Shown piece by piece: positions 37,692 through 50,300 of a stretch of 64,000 nt of DNA (position 1 is the stretch's first letter; the number at the start of each line of letters is the position of its first letter). The notes beneath the pieces are model-generated. The model worked only from the letters and a program-made list of their open reading frames with translations, had not been told where the DNA came from and made no database searches. The translations under genes and the position numbers were made by a program. This stretch comes from Asterias rubens (lineage: Eukaryota): assembly GCF_902459465.1 (NCBI RefSeq), contig NC_047073.1, forward strand, positions 14,942,001-15,006,000. Reading direction: 5' to 3'.

Positions 37692-40600
37692 GTCTGCAGT
37701 CAACTGGAATTTTCATTTACAATACCTCATTCATATTCATAAGCATACATCATTCCAACATTCTGATTGGTCGATTGTCTGCATATCCACCTCATTAAAT
37801 TTACCTATCCCTTTTATCTCTGTATTCTGTGACTTTGTGCATGCTGAACCATATTTTATATGCAGGGAATATTTTCTGTTTTCTGTATTGCTTTGGTGGC
37901 TACACAAACTTGAAAAACTACACAATTTTGAAAAAGGGTCGGGGACAAATACTTCAGCCGACAGAAAAATGTGTGAATATACTAAAGGTATGAATGAGGT
38001 AGCGTAAAACAAATAGAATGCGGTTTTTCGTCTGGTTGGATGGTTGACATTATTTCTCTCGCTCCCCACCCCCCTTCCCCACCCACCTTGATGGGGAATC
38101 ACTCTGGAGGAAATGGCCAAGGAAAGTTGTTGTCAATTTGAAGCCATTTGCGCGTTTGATTTGAATAATTGTCTGGTACAATGAAGTGCTTGATCACAAG
38201 TTAACACTTCAGTTTGGAATTCCCTAGACTATCAAGAACGGTGAACACCCGTACACAATTCTGAATGGATGTGTATGGCACAATGGTACATGTACCAGGG
38301 TTTGCTCAGCTGGAGGTTCCTATACGAAAGCTTGCCCCAAACCATTTGACATAGCAACTGTCTCTTTAGTCTGAGGAATTCAAAATGTAAGCGGTAACTG
38401 TGACTTAGCAAGTCATTGTACTAGACATTATTGAAATCTAACTCGCAAATTGCTCGTTATTTTCCAAATTACCATAGGGCAGTCAAGTGTCCACCATCCA
38501 CCATGAAATCATGTTGTATTTGTGTAATATATCTGTAAGGATGAATGGCCTGTGTACAGATGGCACGAACTGGGTGCACCAACTTTAATTATTAAAAAGC
38601 ACTCATGCGAAGTGTGTCGTTGATTGAAGTTTATAAGAAAATTTCAACTTTTGTTTTTCTATATAGTGGAAACTCTAAAATTTACTTTTGTTATTTACAG
38701 CTTTTATTAATATGATTTGGAGTTATAATCTGTAGGATTTGGGGTGAGATTATGGGCTTGTCCGGATAGAGGTCAATTTGAATGTGACCTTTTGCTGAAG
38801 TGGTTGTATTGAAAGAAATACAGACCTGAACCATTTTCATGAGCTGCATAACCACAAAAAGTAGCTAAGCATAACATGCTCATCAGAAAGAGGTTACCAG
38901 CCAAAAAGCCATTTTACATGTAGTATCCGTGACTGGTATCCTGCCCATTTTCGCTTAGCAGAAACTGCACTAAGCAGAAGCAGCTCTATGAAGTTGGGCC
39001 TTGACGAGAATCTAGGTGTTACCACAGTAAGCTAAAAATTTTGCTAGAGACATTGTGAGTTGTCTGATACAGATTCTATGCAAATACTTGTACCGTATTC
39101 AAAAAATCTAAAGCCACGTTGGTTTATTTTTTATTGGAGACGCACTGTATTACATGTATCTTCCAAAGTCATGGATAAGGATCTAGTTGTAACCACACTA
39201 AGCTAAAGACTTTGCTAGATACGTCGCATGTTTTCCGACATTCTATAGAAGTACTTTTATTTGAAAAATCTAAAGCCATGATGGTTTCTATTGGAGACGC
39301 ACTGTTATTATCTGCCCAACAAATTATATGCACCGTACCTGATCTTCCAAATTGTGAAATCCATCTTATCCACCACTTATCTTGTTGTATTTTCACTGGG
39401 AGAGGGAGCCCTCTAGGGAGTGACCCTTACTCCTGATAGTCTATCCCCTCGTCTGATTTATTGATTCAGTACTGCACAACCAAACGGATCTTAGCAGGAG
39501 GGTGGGCAACATGGGCACAGCAATATGTTCCCAGCCAATTGTTTTTCGTTATTACATCATTATTTTTATGCTGAAGCATTTTGATGAGTATGACACTGAC
39601 CCTTTTTGAAAGTTAAAATTAATGGGTAGGGGCGGGGTTGTTTTGTCTTTCGGAGCTGCCTGCATAAAATCCCCTCCTTATGAGATTTTCATCTGAATTT
39701 TGTTATTGTGCTATTGTTCACACTAAGATTGTCAAAGTCGTTTATATTTCTCCTGACATTCTTTGAAAGACCATGAACGTGTTTACAAAGCACCAAGATT
39801 CAACTTGGAGAAGAGTTGTCGCCACCATAGTGACTTGTATTCTGACATCACACTTTGATAATCAATGGGAGACTAGGGAACACTAGGTGGCAGCAGACTT
39901 ACTAGGTAAATTTCAGTTGTTTACGTTCTTTCCCAAGAACAAAGAATTTCACCACTGATCTCTTATAAATAGGTGGATTTTAAATCTTCCACCTAGTGTC
40001 ACCAAATGTTTCATTGATACATATCTTAAGATCCATCTTTGTGAAATAAAACACATGTATTTCCCACCCTTTAGAAATTCTGACTGCTTATAAGTCTTTA
40101 ATGTAATTAATATAAGTACTTTAAGCATATTATTACCCAAAAAGAATGGATGGCAGGAAATTCTTAAGTTTGAGTGACCAAACGCTATGATTTGGAGTTT
40201 CAAGCATGTGGAACTGAAAACCCACAGTACATGTACATTTGTTGTTCTGTGAACTTTGTTCTTTCACTTGGTATTAAATTTCAAAGAGACAATGTTATTA
40301 TATGTACCTAAATAACTTGGGGTTGAACAAGATAAATAGACTGAGCCATATATGTGCCCTGTGTTCGTGATCTCCCTCTTTCTTTGCATCTCAAAAAAAA
40401 ACCTGGCCTGGACACCAATCAATTGAAAATTGTAGACTATGTGAAAACAATTAGTTTATACTTAAATAAGATTTGTTTTTAGTACCTCACCACCCTTTAG
40501 TCCTCCCATTTGTAGAGCTCTGTTTGAGGGATGTGATTATGGAATTTGAGCTTTGAAATAAAAGGTCTGTGGAATGGCTTAACAAACTATTTTGAATGTT

Positions 40601-41054
40601 AATAGTGAATTGGTTTAACAAGTAAAATGTCAATACAAAATTTCACAGCGCTGCTTACGGTAAGCAAATGTTAGTGCTTACTGTAGCAGAAAAAGGTGTA
40701 AACATATTTAGTGAGTGTTCACTATGGATTTGCATTGTGACGTCATTCATTTTTGTGCAGTAAGCACTGGAATGTTAGCATGCCTTTTTGTGTGCTTACC
40801 GTTACTTTAGCAGTGCTATGAAATAGCCGTCGTGCAGTAAGCACAAAATCAGCAGTTAAGCAGCGCTATGAAAATTGGGCCCAGATTCCTCATGCCCTTG
40901 TTTCCCCTATTTTGATTGTTTTGTTTGGCTTATGGGGACCAAGTTCCGCTTGGGTCATGCACCACGGCAATCTTTCCCTGGATTTCTGCAGGCCTGGAAG
41001 TCTGATTGAAACATGATCTAGCGGGGTTCCACCGAGTCGGTTGGGGGTTGAGGC

Positions 41055-41680
41055 AGGATGCCTAAAGATCACAACTTTAGTGCACAGTGTAGCATCTCAT
41101 AGAGGCGGGCGATGCCAAAAGATGACACCTTTGTGCAAGGTGAATGTCCCATACAGGCAAAGGTGCCTTAAGAGGAAAACTGTTTTGCACGGTGTAGCAT
41201 CTCATAAAAGCGGGAGATGCCAAAAGATGAAAACTTGTTTGCACAGTGTAGCATCTCATGGTGGCAGGGTGCCAAAAGATGAAAACTTGTTTGCACAGTG
41301 TAGCATCTCGTAGTGGCAGGGTGCCTAAAGATGAAAACTTGTTTGCACAGTGTAGCATCTCGTAGTGGCAGGGTGCCTAAAGATGAAAACTTGTTTGCAC
41401 AGTGTATTGTCTTTAGAGGTGGGATGTGCCTAAAGATGAAAACTTTTTGGCCTGGTATGTAGCATCTCATAGAATCGGGAGGTGCCCAAAGATGACTACC
41501 ATTTTGCATGGTGTAACATCTCATAGAGGCAGGGTTCCACACAACTTTTGTGCATGGTGTAGTGTCTCTAAGAGGCGGGAGAGGTGCCAAAAGATGCCAA
41601 CTTTTGTGCACGGTGTAGCGTCTCTTACAGGCAGGGTGCCAAAAGATGACAATTTTTCATGGTGTAGCATCTCATAAAAC
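41055..41680. repeat. Degenerate ~52-bp minisatellite (~12 copies) just downstream of the REX1BD stop codon
   Basis: AAAGATGAAAACTTGTTTGCACAGTGTAGCATCTCGTAGTGGCAGGGTGCCT at a 52-bp spacing (e.g. 41275, 41327, 41379, 41431). Confidence 0.9.
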
Positions 41681-41711
41681 TGGGTCTGTTTGGGTCAGGA
41701 GGGAATTAGGG

Positions 41712-44700
41712 TCAAGTCAATAGATCCTCCGCCTCATACCTCAAGTCCTGCAGAAGTTCTGCTATTTGGGACACTGTCGCATTTATCCTGTTTCGGTGAA
41801 AGAAAGGAAGAACACAATCTCTATTTAAAGCCATTATACACTTTCGGTAAACAGTATTGTCCAAGTCCCACACTTCGTGTATCACAACTTATATATAAAA
41901 TTGGATCCAATTGGTACTTGGATATCAGAATACAAGTTGGTCGACTCAGACACTGGTACTGCAGACTCAATGGCCCAGGTACTCCTACGTGTACTTGCGT
42001 ACTACTCAGTAGGCATACTACTTGGCCACCCAAACAGAACCTAATACACGTCTAACTCGTAACTCGTACTTAACTACAATACTGCTACAAATAAGATACT
42101 AAAAATAATAACTGGCGAATAAAATTTATTATAAATTTTGGAATGCCATTCATGAATGCACAGGGCCCAGTTTCCGAAAGCCTGCAAGCACAAAAACTTG
42201 CTAAGCACAGATAAGTATTGCTTAACAGAAACTGGTAACCAGGCAAAGTTACAATATGTTTACATTGTTGTGACTGATGCCCACTCAATTCTTACTTAGC
42301 AAAGAAATTTGTCAAGCAGTAGTTTCTGCTTAACAGCTTGATGAAATTGGGCCCAAAGGACACCATCAAAACAGTTCCAGTGAATTAATTTTCCTACATA
42401 CCTGAGTTTAAGTTGAGTAAGGTCTTCTTCGCTTTCTGGATTCGGCTCTTCTTGATGTTTTTGTTTAATCAACTGCATCATCCCTGTCTGAAATCAAACA
42501 AAGTATTCAGTCTCCTGACGATGACTAGAGCAAGCTAGTCGAAACGTTGAGACCAATCCAAGAACTGACTCCGCGGTAGTACAGTTAATTACGATCCTAT
42601 AAGCTTAAGTAGTAGTCCCAGCCTATTTCTATACCATCCACCCAGGTAATAGTTAATAAGCAGGACAGTTCTTTTCAGAACCGAGAAGTCTCCCGAACAC
42701 CCGAACAATCTACTCCGCGGTAGTAGAATTAAGCAAGACAGTTCTCTAAGAACAGACTCTACCTGGCAAGTAGATACACACATGAGTAATTACTTCTTTC
42801 TCAAAAACTACATTAGTTACTTCAGAGGGAGCCGTTTCTCACAATGTTTTCTGTCAGAAGCTCTCCATTGCTCGTTCCAAGTAAGTTTTTATGCCGACAA
42901 TTATTTTGAGTAATTACCAAAAGTGTCCAGTGCCTATGACTTTTTTTGTGACTAGCCAGCGGCATCAGTGAGTTCGTCACTTTACGTCCACCCGCTTTTT
43001 TCACATGGCCATATTTCATAGTAGAGATGGATGATGATTATTATTGATACTATTTCAATACCATAGGGAAAATATTGAGTTTCAACAACCCTTTATTCTC
43101 ACCAATTCCAATTTCCTCTTTTCATTTTCTTGAACTTTTCCGATCAGCCTTGCAATCTCGGCATTCTGAAACTCTCCCTGGAATCGTTCTTCTACAGCGA
43201 TGATACATTGAGATATTCTAGAGAATTCTTGGGTGCATTCGTGGACTGCCTGCCGGTAGACTGGGAAGTCATAGTCTGGCGATGTATCTAGATATTCCAA
43301 GTGATGTCTTCATGCAAGACAGTCAGGGAAAAGAGAATACAATTATTAATTGTTTATTTCCTGATTAAAAGGTCTGGACACAATTGGTATTTACCCAAAA
43401 TAATTGTGAGCATAAATTTTATGCTAACAATTATTTTATGATAAAAGCTTATTATCTTTGGTAATGAGCAATGTGGAGCTGGTGGTAGTACAAAAAACAT
43501 TGTGAGAAACGGCTCCCTCTAAAGGTGATTTCTCACTCAAAAATAAAAAGACTTCAGGCCTGAAGCCTTTTCTTATGCATCTGAAAGCACACAAATTTTT
43601 GCAACAAGGGTGTTTTTTCTTTCATTATTCTATGCAATTTTGAGGACCAACCGAGTCCAAATTTTTTCAGACTTATTATTTTGATGCATACTGTTTGGAA
43701 ACACTGGGTGAAAATATTTGGTGTTTTTTTTGACAAGTTAATGCAAGTTAGCCCAAAGAAGGCTAAAAGCAACTCTTGTATTAAGGGCCTACATGAAGAA
43801 AATATCTAAGATAACAATATTATGCTCAGGAGAGCTGAAGGTAGGAATTGATATTCCTCTGGGCAGGTGCTTCAAGAAGAAAGTATAAAACTATAAAATA
43901 TAATTTAGGATTTTAGGGTCACACATTTGGGGACTTTGTAACTGGGGAGCCTTATATAGTCTCTAGAAGTACAGTGGTAGCAGAAGTGGTCACCATTTTG
44001 AACCAATATTCATTAGTTGTTCTTACTGGTCAAGACGCTTGTAACACTTGATCCTTTCTTCTTGGAGGGAGAAGAACTCCTTGATTGCTTTTGAAGGGTC
44101 TTCTTCAACCTGTGATACGCAGGAAATAGTACAGAAAATTAAAACATAAACACTGATAAATCAAAGTGACGGATGTTGCATTGCGCTTTCGTAGACCTAG
44201 AGTAACTTGGACGCTGAACTCATTTGAAAACACTTTTAACATCTGGGGTCGTACTGGTAGCACAGATGTCAATTAATTTATTGTTTAAATGAGACCATGG
44301 AGGAGTTCTTATTCCTCCATGAGGAGACAGTGCCCCAGTTACTTGGTCTCATGAAACTCTACACCTTTAAAGCCATTGGACACTTTCGGTACAGAATTTT
44401 GTTTTAAAGTTCACAGATTTACAAATAACTTACAGGGTTTACAGAAGGTAATGGTGATAGACTTCTCTTGAAATATTATTCCATGAAATGCTTTACTTTT
44501 TGCGAAAACATTAAAACAATATAAATTCTCGATATCGAGAATTACGGATTTATTTTAAACACATGTCATGACACGGCGAAACGTGCGGAAACAAAGGTGG
44601 GTTTTCCCATTATTGTCTCCCGACTCCGATGACCAATTGAGCCTAAATTTTCACAGGTTTGTTATTTTATATATAAGTTGTGATACACGAAGTGTGGGCC

Positions 44701-45936
44701 TTGGACAATACTGTTTACCGAAAGTGTCCAATGGCTTTAATGCATACCAACCTCTTGTTGCGATGATCATAACCCTTGTTCCTCCCGATGGCCGGAGGAG
44801 GGAGGATTAAGGGGTTCTGGTTCTGGTGATGAACTGCACAATCTCCACATATCTGGATTTACAAGTGACACAATTATCTAGCCTGGCACTTCATGGAGGC
44901 AACAAGGCGATTGCCTCTGTGCCCCTTGGTCATTGCCTTTGTGCCCTTGAAATGCTCCAGTAGAAATTTACAATTTCCTCATAGGGTGCCCTTTACCGAG
45001 GAGAAAATGCCTTGGTGCCCTTGCCCTTTCAGAAATGAAGCATACAGGCCTGTAATTATCACAACAAACCAACCTCACGACCAAGGTGGAGCCTCAGCTG
45101 TTTATTGTGTTACACCAACCTCCGTGTGGCATTTGAGACCCAAAAGTTTGGGGGGCAAGATCATGGCATTTAAAAATCAATTCTTTCTATTTATTCTAGA
45201 ATAATATTTGAAGTTTGAACTTGTCAGTGTTATCTCCTCATACAGTATAACACACATGCATACATGTCAGAGTCAGTCAGGATAGTTTTCCTGCTACCAT
45301 AGTACATTTGTTCCAGGCGCGGAGTCAGTCACGGGGTGGAGTCATGTGGAGTCGCAAAGGCCATGACCCCCGTTTCCTCTGCCTGGCCTAGCTTTGCCTT
45401 GTTGCCCCTTAAACAGTTTCCAATAGACTTAAGGTAGATTTTCTAAAAATGTTAAAATGGAACTTAAGATTCTGTGTTTTCGGAAGTGCCCTTGCTTGGC
45501 TCTGTCCTTACTCTATGCTTGGCCTTTGCAAAATAAGAAAAGAGGGTCCATCCGTAGTATTAGTAATACCCTTTTTTTTTTAAATGCACAAGCTTTCATA
45601 GCAACAACTCAGCTTTTTTAAGAAGTTCTTGTTATTCTTTCAAGCATGGAGGAATAAATTAGTTATTCCTCTATACAATTCTGTTCGTCAACTGGCCCCA
45701 CTTGTGTGGTCAAGGCTTTTAAAATGAAAATTGCTTGTCCAAACACTCTCAAGTCTCACTCAAATCAAATGACAAAGAAAATAATGAAGGTCTAGAGGGA
45801 CTCTAGGCCGCGCCTGTTATTCCTCAGGCAAACTTGAAATAATAATAACCCTTGGATTTCCTAACCCTTAGACCCAACCCATTTGCTTATTTTAATAATA
45901 ACTGGATAAGTGAATACGTACAATCTGACTTACCAT
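41712..45936 (-). CDS. REX1BD: Required for excision 1-B domain-containing protein (C19orf60 homolog), ~150 aa
   Basis: Exons (-): 45936-45934 (ATG only, least certain), 44109-44027, 43307-43103, 42487-42402, 41787-41712. Motifs: FFSLQEERIKCYKRLD, YLDTSPDYDFPVYRQAVHECTQEFSRIS, QENEKRKLEL, LLQDLRYEAE. Confidence 0.85.
44371..44736. mobile_element. TTAA-flanked MITE family B
   Basis: TTAA|AGCCATTGGACACTTTCGGT...ACCGAAAGTGTCCAATGGCT|TTAA; truncated copy at ~41822-41900. Confidence 0.88.
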
Positions 45937-47329
45937 TGTGAACTTCTCTAGTTCCAAAAAAGTCTACGACTACTGACTGGATGACTGGTCAGCATCGGGT
46001 AGTGTGTGCATGTAAAAGTTTGAGCATGTTTACATTTCTGAGGGAAAATCAATTATTAAAATAGGGATGTCAAATTTAAAAGTGTACATTAAATTAACTA
46101 TACAAGACAATAATAGTAATCTATATACTCAAAACATAAAAAATACATTATTTTATATCTGATATTCGTTTCAAATATTCTTTTTTTTTGCTGAAGTTTA
46201 ATGTTACCAATAAACACTCTTAATATTACGTTTAGAAGTAGCCCCCTTATTTTAAATGAAACGGCCCTTGAACTGGAGCTTGAGGGCGCTGTATTGCAAA
46301 TGGCTGCGCCCATGAGATCTTCGATCTTCATGTGTCAAACGTGAGAGAAAGGGTGGGTAGATTTCCTGATTAACAGCATACAAGGTAACTACAGTTGTAC
46401 CTTTCTCAATGTTAATAACTGTTTAATGGGGTAGTTAAGAGTTGGCATGGGTTTATATCAGTTGTTCAGATAAAAATGTTCAATTAAAATGTCAAATCCG
46501 ACCAAATCAGCCGGTGACGTGTGTTTTTCCGTTTTCCCAATCCCATGCATGGAGCAATGCCAATGGTTTTCCCTATCATACAATTCAACCAAATTGTTGT
46601 TGGGCACAAACCTCAGGCTCCGCTGAGTGCGCAACTTCGATATTTGTGCACGCAAGTATGAGCCTGCTGCGCACCAGATATTGAATATCATGTTCCACGC
46701 AAATTTCAAGCCTTGCGCAAATTTGGTGCTTCCAAAATAAAAACTTGTTATTTTACCAGCTTTTGCTGCATGCCATTCTTCATTGCCATTAATAAGTGCG
46801 AACACGAATCAAAAGTCATTCCCGAAACTTAATATTCCACATCCATACTTTTTCAAAAAAATCCATTAGAATTCAACAGGTTTTTCTATTAATTACGAAC
46901 GATGAAGCTTCAAAATGGCGATGTCCAGGGAACTGCGGCTGGACCAAGCGAAACCCTATTATTCAGGTAACTTTCATCCGTTCAGTTCATGTCGAGCTTG
47001 ATGAAATGTAGCGCGCGAACTTCATCCACTCAATCTAATTTGCCAAACGCAAATTTCACTCCCAAAAGCTTGTAATTTGCGCGGCCCATCTTGAAGTACG
47101 CATAGAACAAGGTTCAAGCTTGCGCGGGTGGCTAGTTTGTGCCAAACAGCACCAGTGTCCCATCAAAATTTGCATTATTTTAATTTATATATTATTTATA
47201 TATTTAGTCGTGGCCTTTTTTATGTTTTCTATACAGAAACTCAAATAATAGGCATAATTTAATAAGATGAATTAAAAAATCACAGATCAGGTTTTTATCT
47301 TTTTTGAAAACCCAGAGTGAGATATCAGC

Positions 47330-50300
47330 ATGATGGATTTACATCCCAGCAAGGAGGCATTTTACGCTAACCTGACAGGAACAACACCATTTGAAGTGTC
47401 CCTCGTTGTGGCCGTAGCTCCTGCATCGGAGTTACTTCGCTGGACATTGGTTCCGGTTCTGGTGACGCTGTTCGGAAGTGTTGTCAAAAACATATGGTAC
47501 ATCTTGTGTGTTGTTTGTTGTATGTTTGTTTAGATGATTTTCCAATCGAGGGAACTCCGCAAACTCCCAAGGGGACTATTATATCAATCTGGCAACGGGC
47601 AGTCTCTCTCACAAACATTGGTTTAACCATAGAGCAAGGACAGATCTCTGTCATGGTTGAACAAGAGTTGCACACATGAAGAAATTATTATTCAGTAACT
47701 AGGCGACAATACTTAAATTATAATCATTGTGAAATCAGCGGTCAGCGTGGTAGGATTCAAACCCGCCACCCTGGTGAGTGCATATCCTGCTGTCTATAAG
47801 CACTGGACCACGATGACATATTTTCAGAATGCTTAGTAGAGAAATACTTTTTTAAGTTTTCAAAATTGTTATTCAAGCATTCCGGTTGGCTTGATTGTTT
47901 CTTTTGCTGCCTTTCTTCACCCTGTGGATTTCGATTTGAATCCCAGACCGGAGCCTTGCATGTGGATTGGGTTTTCAATTCCGACCTAATTTTGTTTATT
48001 TCCCTATTTGGAGTTTTTCTCCCACATCATCTTCTCTATCTACGAAGGCCCCTTCAGGCCTACACACAGCGATGTATTTGTAGCATGTCGTGGCCTAGCG
48101 GTTTGTAAGAGCATCTGACTCAAGCTCTGGTGTTTTTGATCAGCAGAGTGTCAGGGGTGGACTAAAATCCAATTTGTGACACCTGTGTTCTTAAGCAAGC
48201 GTTTGACCATGATGCTTCATCCTTTGGATTGGACATAAAGCATTTGGTCCTGTGTGTTGTGCAACACACGTCAGCGAACCGTGGCGCTTATCAAAAAGAG
48301 AAGGGGTTTGCTCTGGTGTTCCTGGTTTGACTGGCAGCATATTGCGTCACTGCATCTTGTAAACCATTACATGGTACTATGTGAAAGGAGTATGGTCTCA
48401 TAACTCTAGTCCAACACACCTTGCAGGAAAATACTGAACGTGCACTTGCAAAAAAATGTATATTAAGCGCCTAATAAATGTGTCTTATTATTATTGGTAA
48501 AGATAAGTGTTTTTCTTTTTTTAACCACTACTGCGCTCCTACTCTTTCCATTTCTCAAACAGGTTTGCTTTTGTCTTGGATTTCATCACCCTGGTCCTGC
48601 CCCTTCTCTTTGCCTTCACGTTCTTGAGTGATCACCTACAACACTTCATCGTGGTGCTGCTAGCCACCTCAGCAACACTCCTCCTAGTCGCCTATGTCCA
48701 CCAACCAACCAAACCCAATCGGGTTAAGAAACCTTCCAAGGCTAAACCAGCTGCCCCTAGACCCCTATGGGAGCTCCCGATGGGTTCGGGGAGACCCCAT
48801 TTCATGACGATGTTCAGGGTGCACGGGATGGTAGCCTCCGTTATTGCTATTCTTGCGGTCGATTTTCAGATCTTCCCTCGTCGCTTCGCCAAGACGGAGA
48901 CCTACGGCAGTGGGCTGATGGATGTTGCCGTTGGATCGTTTATGTTCATGAATGCCCTTGTTTCCAAAGAGGCTCGTGGTAAACACCAAGGTATTTTCAG
49001 GTAATGAGAGCAGCGCAGGCTTAGCTCATGGTTGCCTAAAGCCCGGTTCATACTTCCTGCAAATGCCATTGCATTACAAATTTTGTTGTCATAAATTCGC
49101 AATAAATAATTCGCATCAGTTGAAATGTGCTAAACTCCTGCAAAACATTCGCTGTGAAAACAGCCATGTGACGTCAAAATTCAAATTGCATGCGCAGGAA
49201 GTATGAACCAAGCTTTAGTTAACTTTTTCAGTGACCAGCCAGCAGGACCAGTTAGCTTTTCATTTTACTGGTCTGTCAGCTTTATACTACCAACCTCTCC
49301 CCATTACTCGTTACCAAGTAAGTTTTTATGCTAATAATTATTTTGACTAATTACCAATAGTGTCCACTGCCTTCAAACTAGCCAGCCGCACCACTTGGAG
49401 AGAATTTGGACTGGCCATCAGGTGTTTTAACTGTGACTGGCAAGCAGACAACTATTAAGGGAGAATGCTGCCCAGAAATAATATCGTTGGAACGCCACCG
49501 AGTGGCTTGGTGGTAAAGGGCTACGGACTCAAGCTCTGGTGTTTTTGACTGGTCTTGAGTTCCAGTCTTGACTCTTGTGTCTATAAGCAAGACACTTAAC
49601 AATTGCTTCATCCTTCGGATGGGACGCAATGCCATCCATGTAGGTCCCGCCTGTTGTGTGATGTGTGTAAAAGAACCCAGTTCAAATTATCACTAAGAGA
49701 AGGGGTTTTCCCCAGTGTTTCTGGCAGTGGAACGGCAGCACTGAAGCAGCATGTAAACCCCTTGTCAGATGCTACATAAATTGGTCTCAAAATTTAAAAA
49801 GTTCAAAACTTGTCTTAAAATGTTTCTGTTTGTTCAAGTGTGCTATAAAAGACTAATGTTATTATCTTATTATTAGAAGGCACTGTTATTAGGAAGAGTC
49901 CTAGCCTTCAGACCGATCCTACGTAAGACCGATCCTACGTAAGACTGATCCTACGTAAGACTGATCCTACGTAAGACCGATCCTACGTAAGACTGATCCT
50001 ACGTAAGACCGATCCTACGTAAGACCGATCCTGCGTAAGACTGATCCTGCGTAAGACCGATCCTGCGTAAGACTGATCCTGCGTAAGACCGATCCTACGT
50101 AAGACCGATCCTACGTAAGACCGATCCTGCGTAAGACTGATCCTACGTAAGACCGATCCTGCGTAAGACTGATCCTGCGTAAGACTGATCCTGCGTAAGA
50201 CCGATCCTACGTAAGACTGATCCTACGTAAGACCGATCCTGCGTAAGACTGATCCTACGTAAGACTGATCCTGCGTAAGACTGATCCTGCGTAAGACTGA

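Noticed and set aside
43308-43335. TCCCTGAC as a possible U12 branch site in REX1BD
   Set aside because: The upstream donor is U2-type (GTAAGA) and CTGAC fits the ordinary U2 branch consensus.
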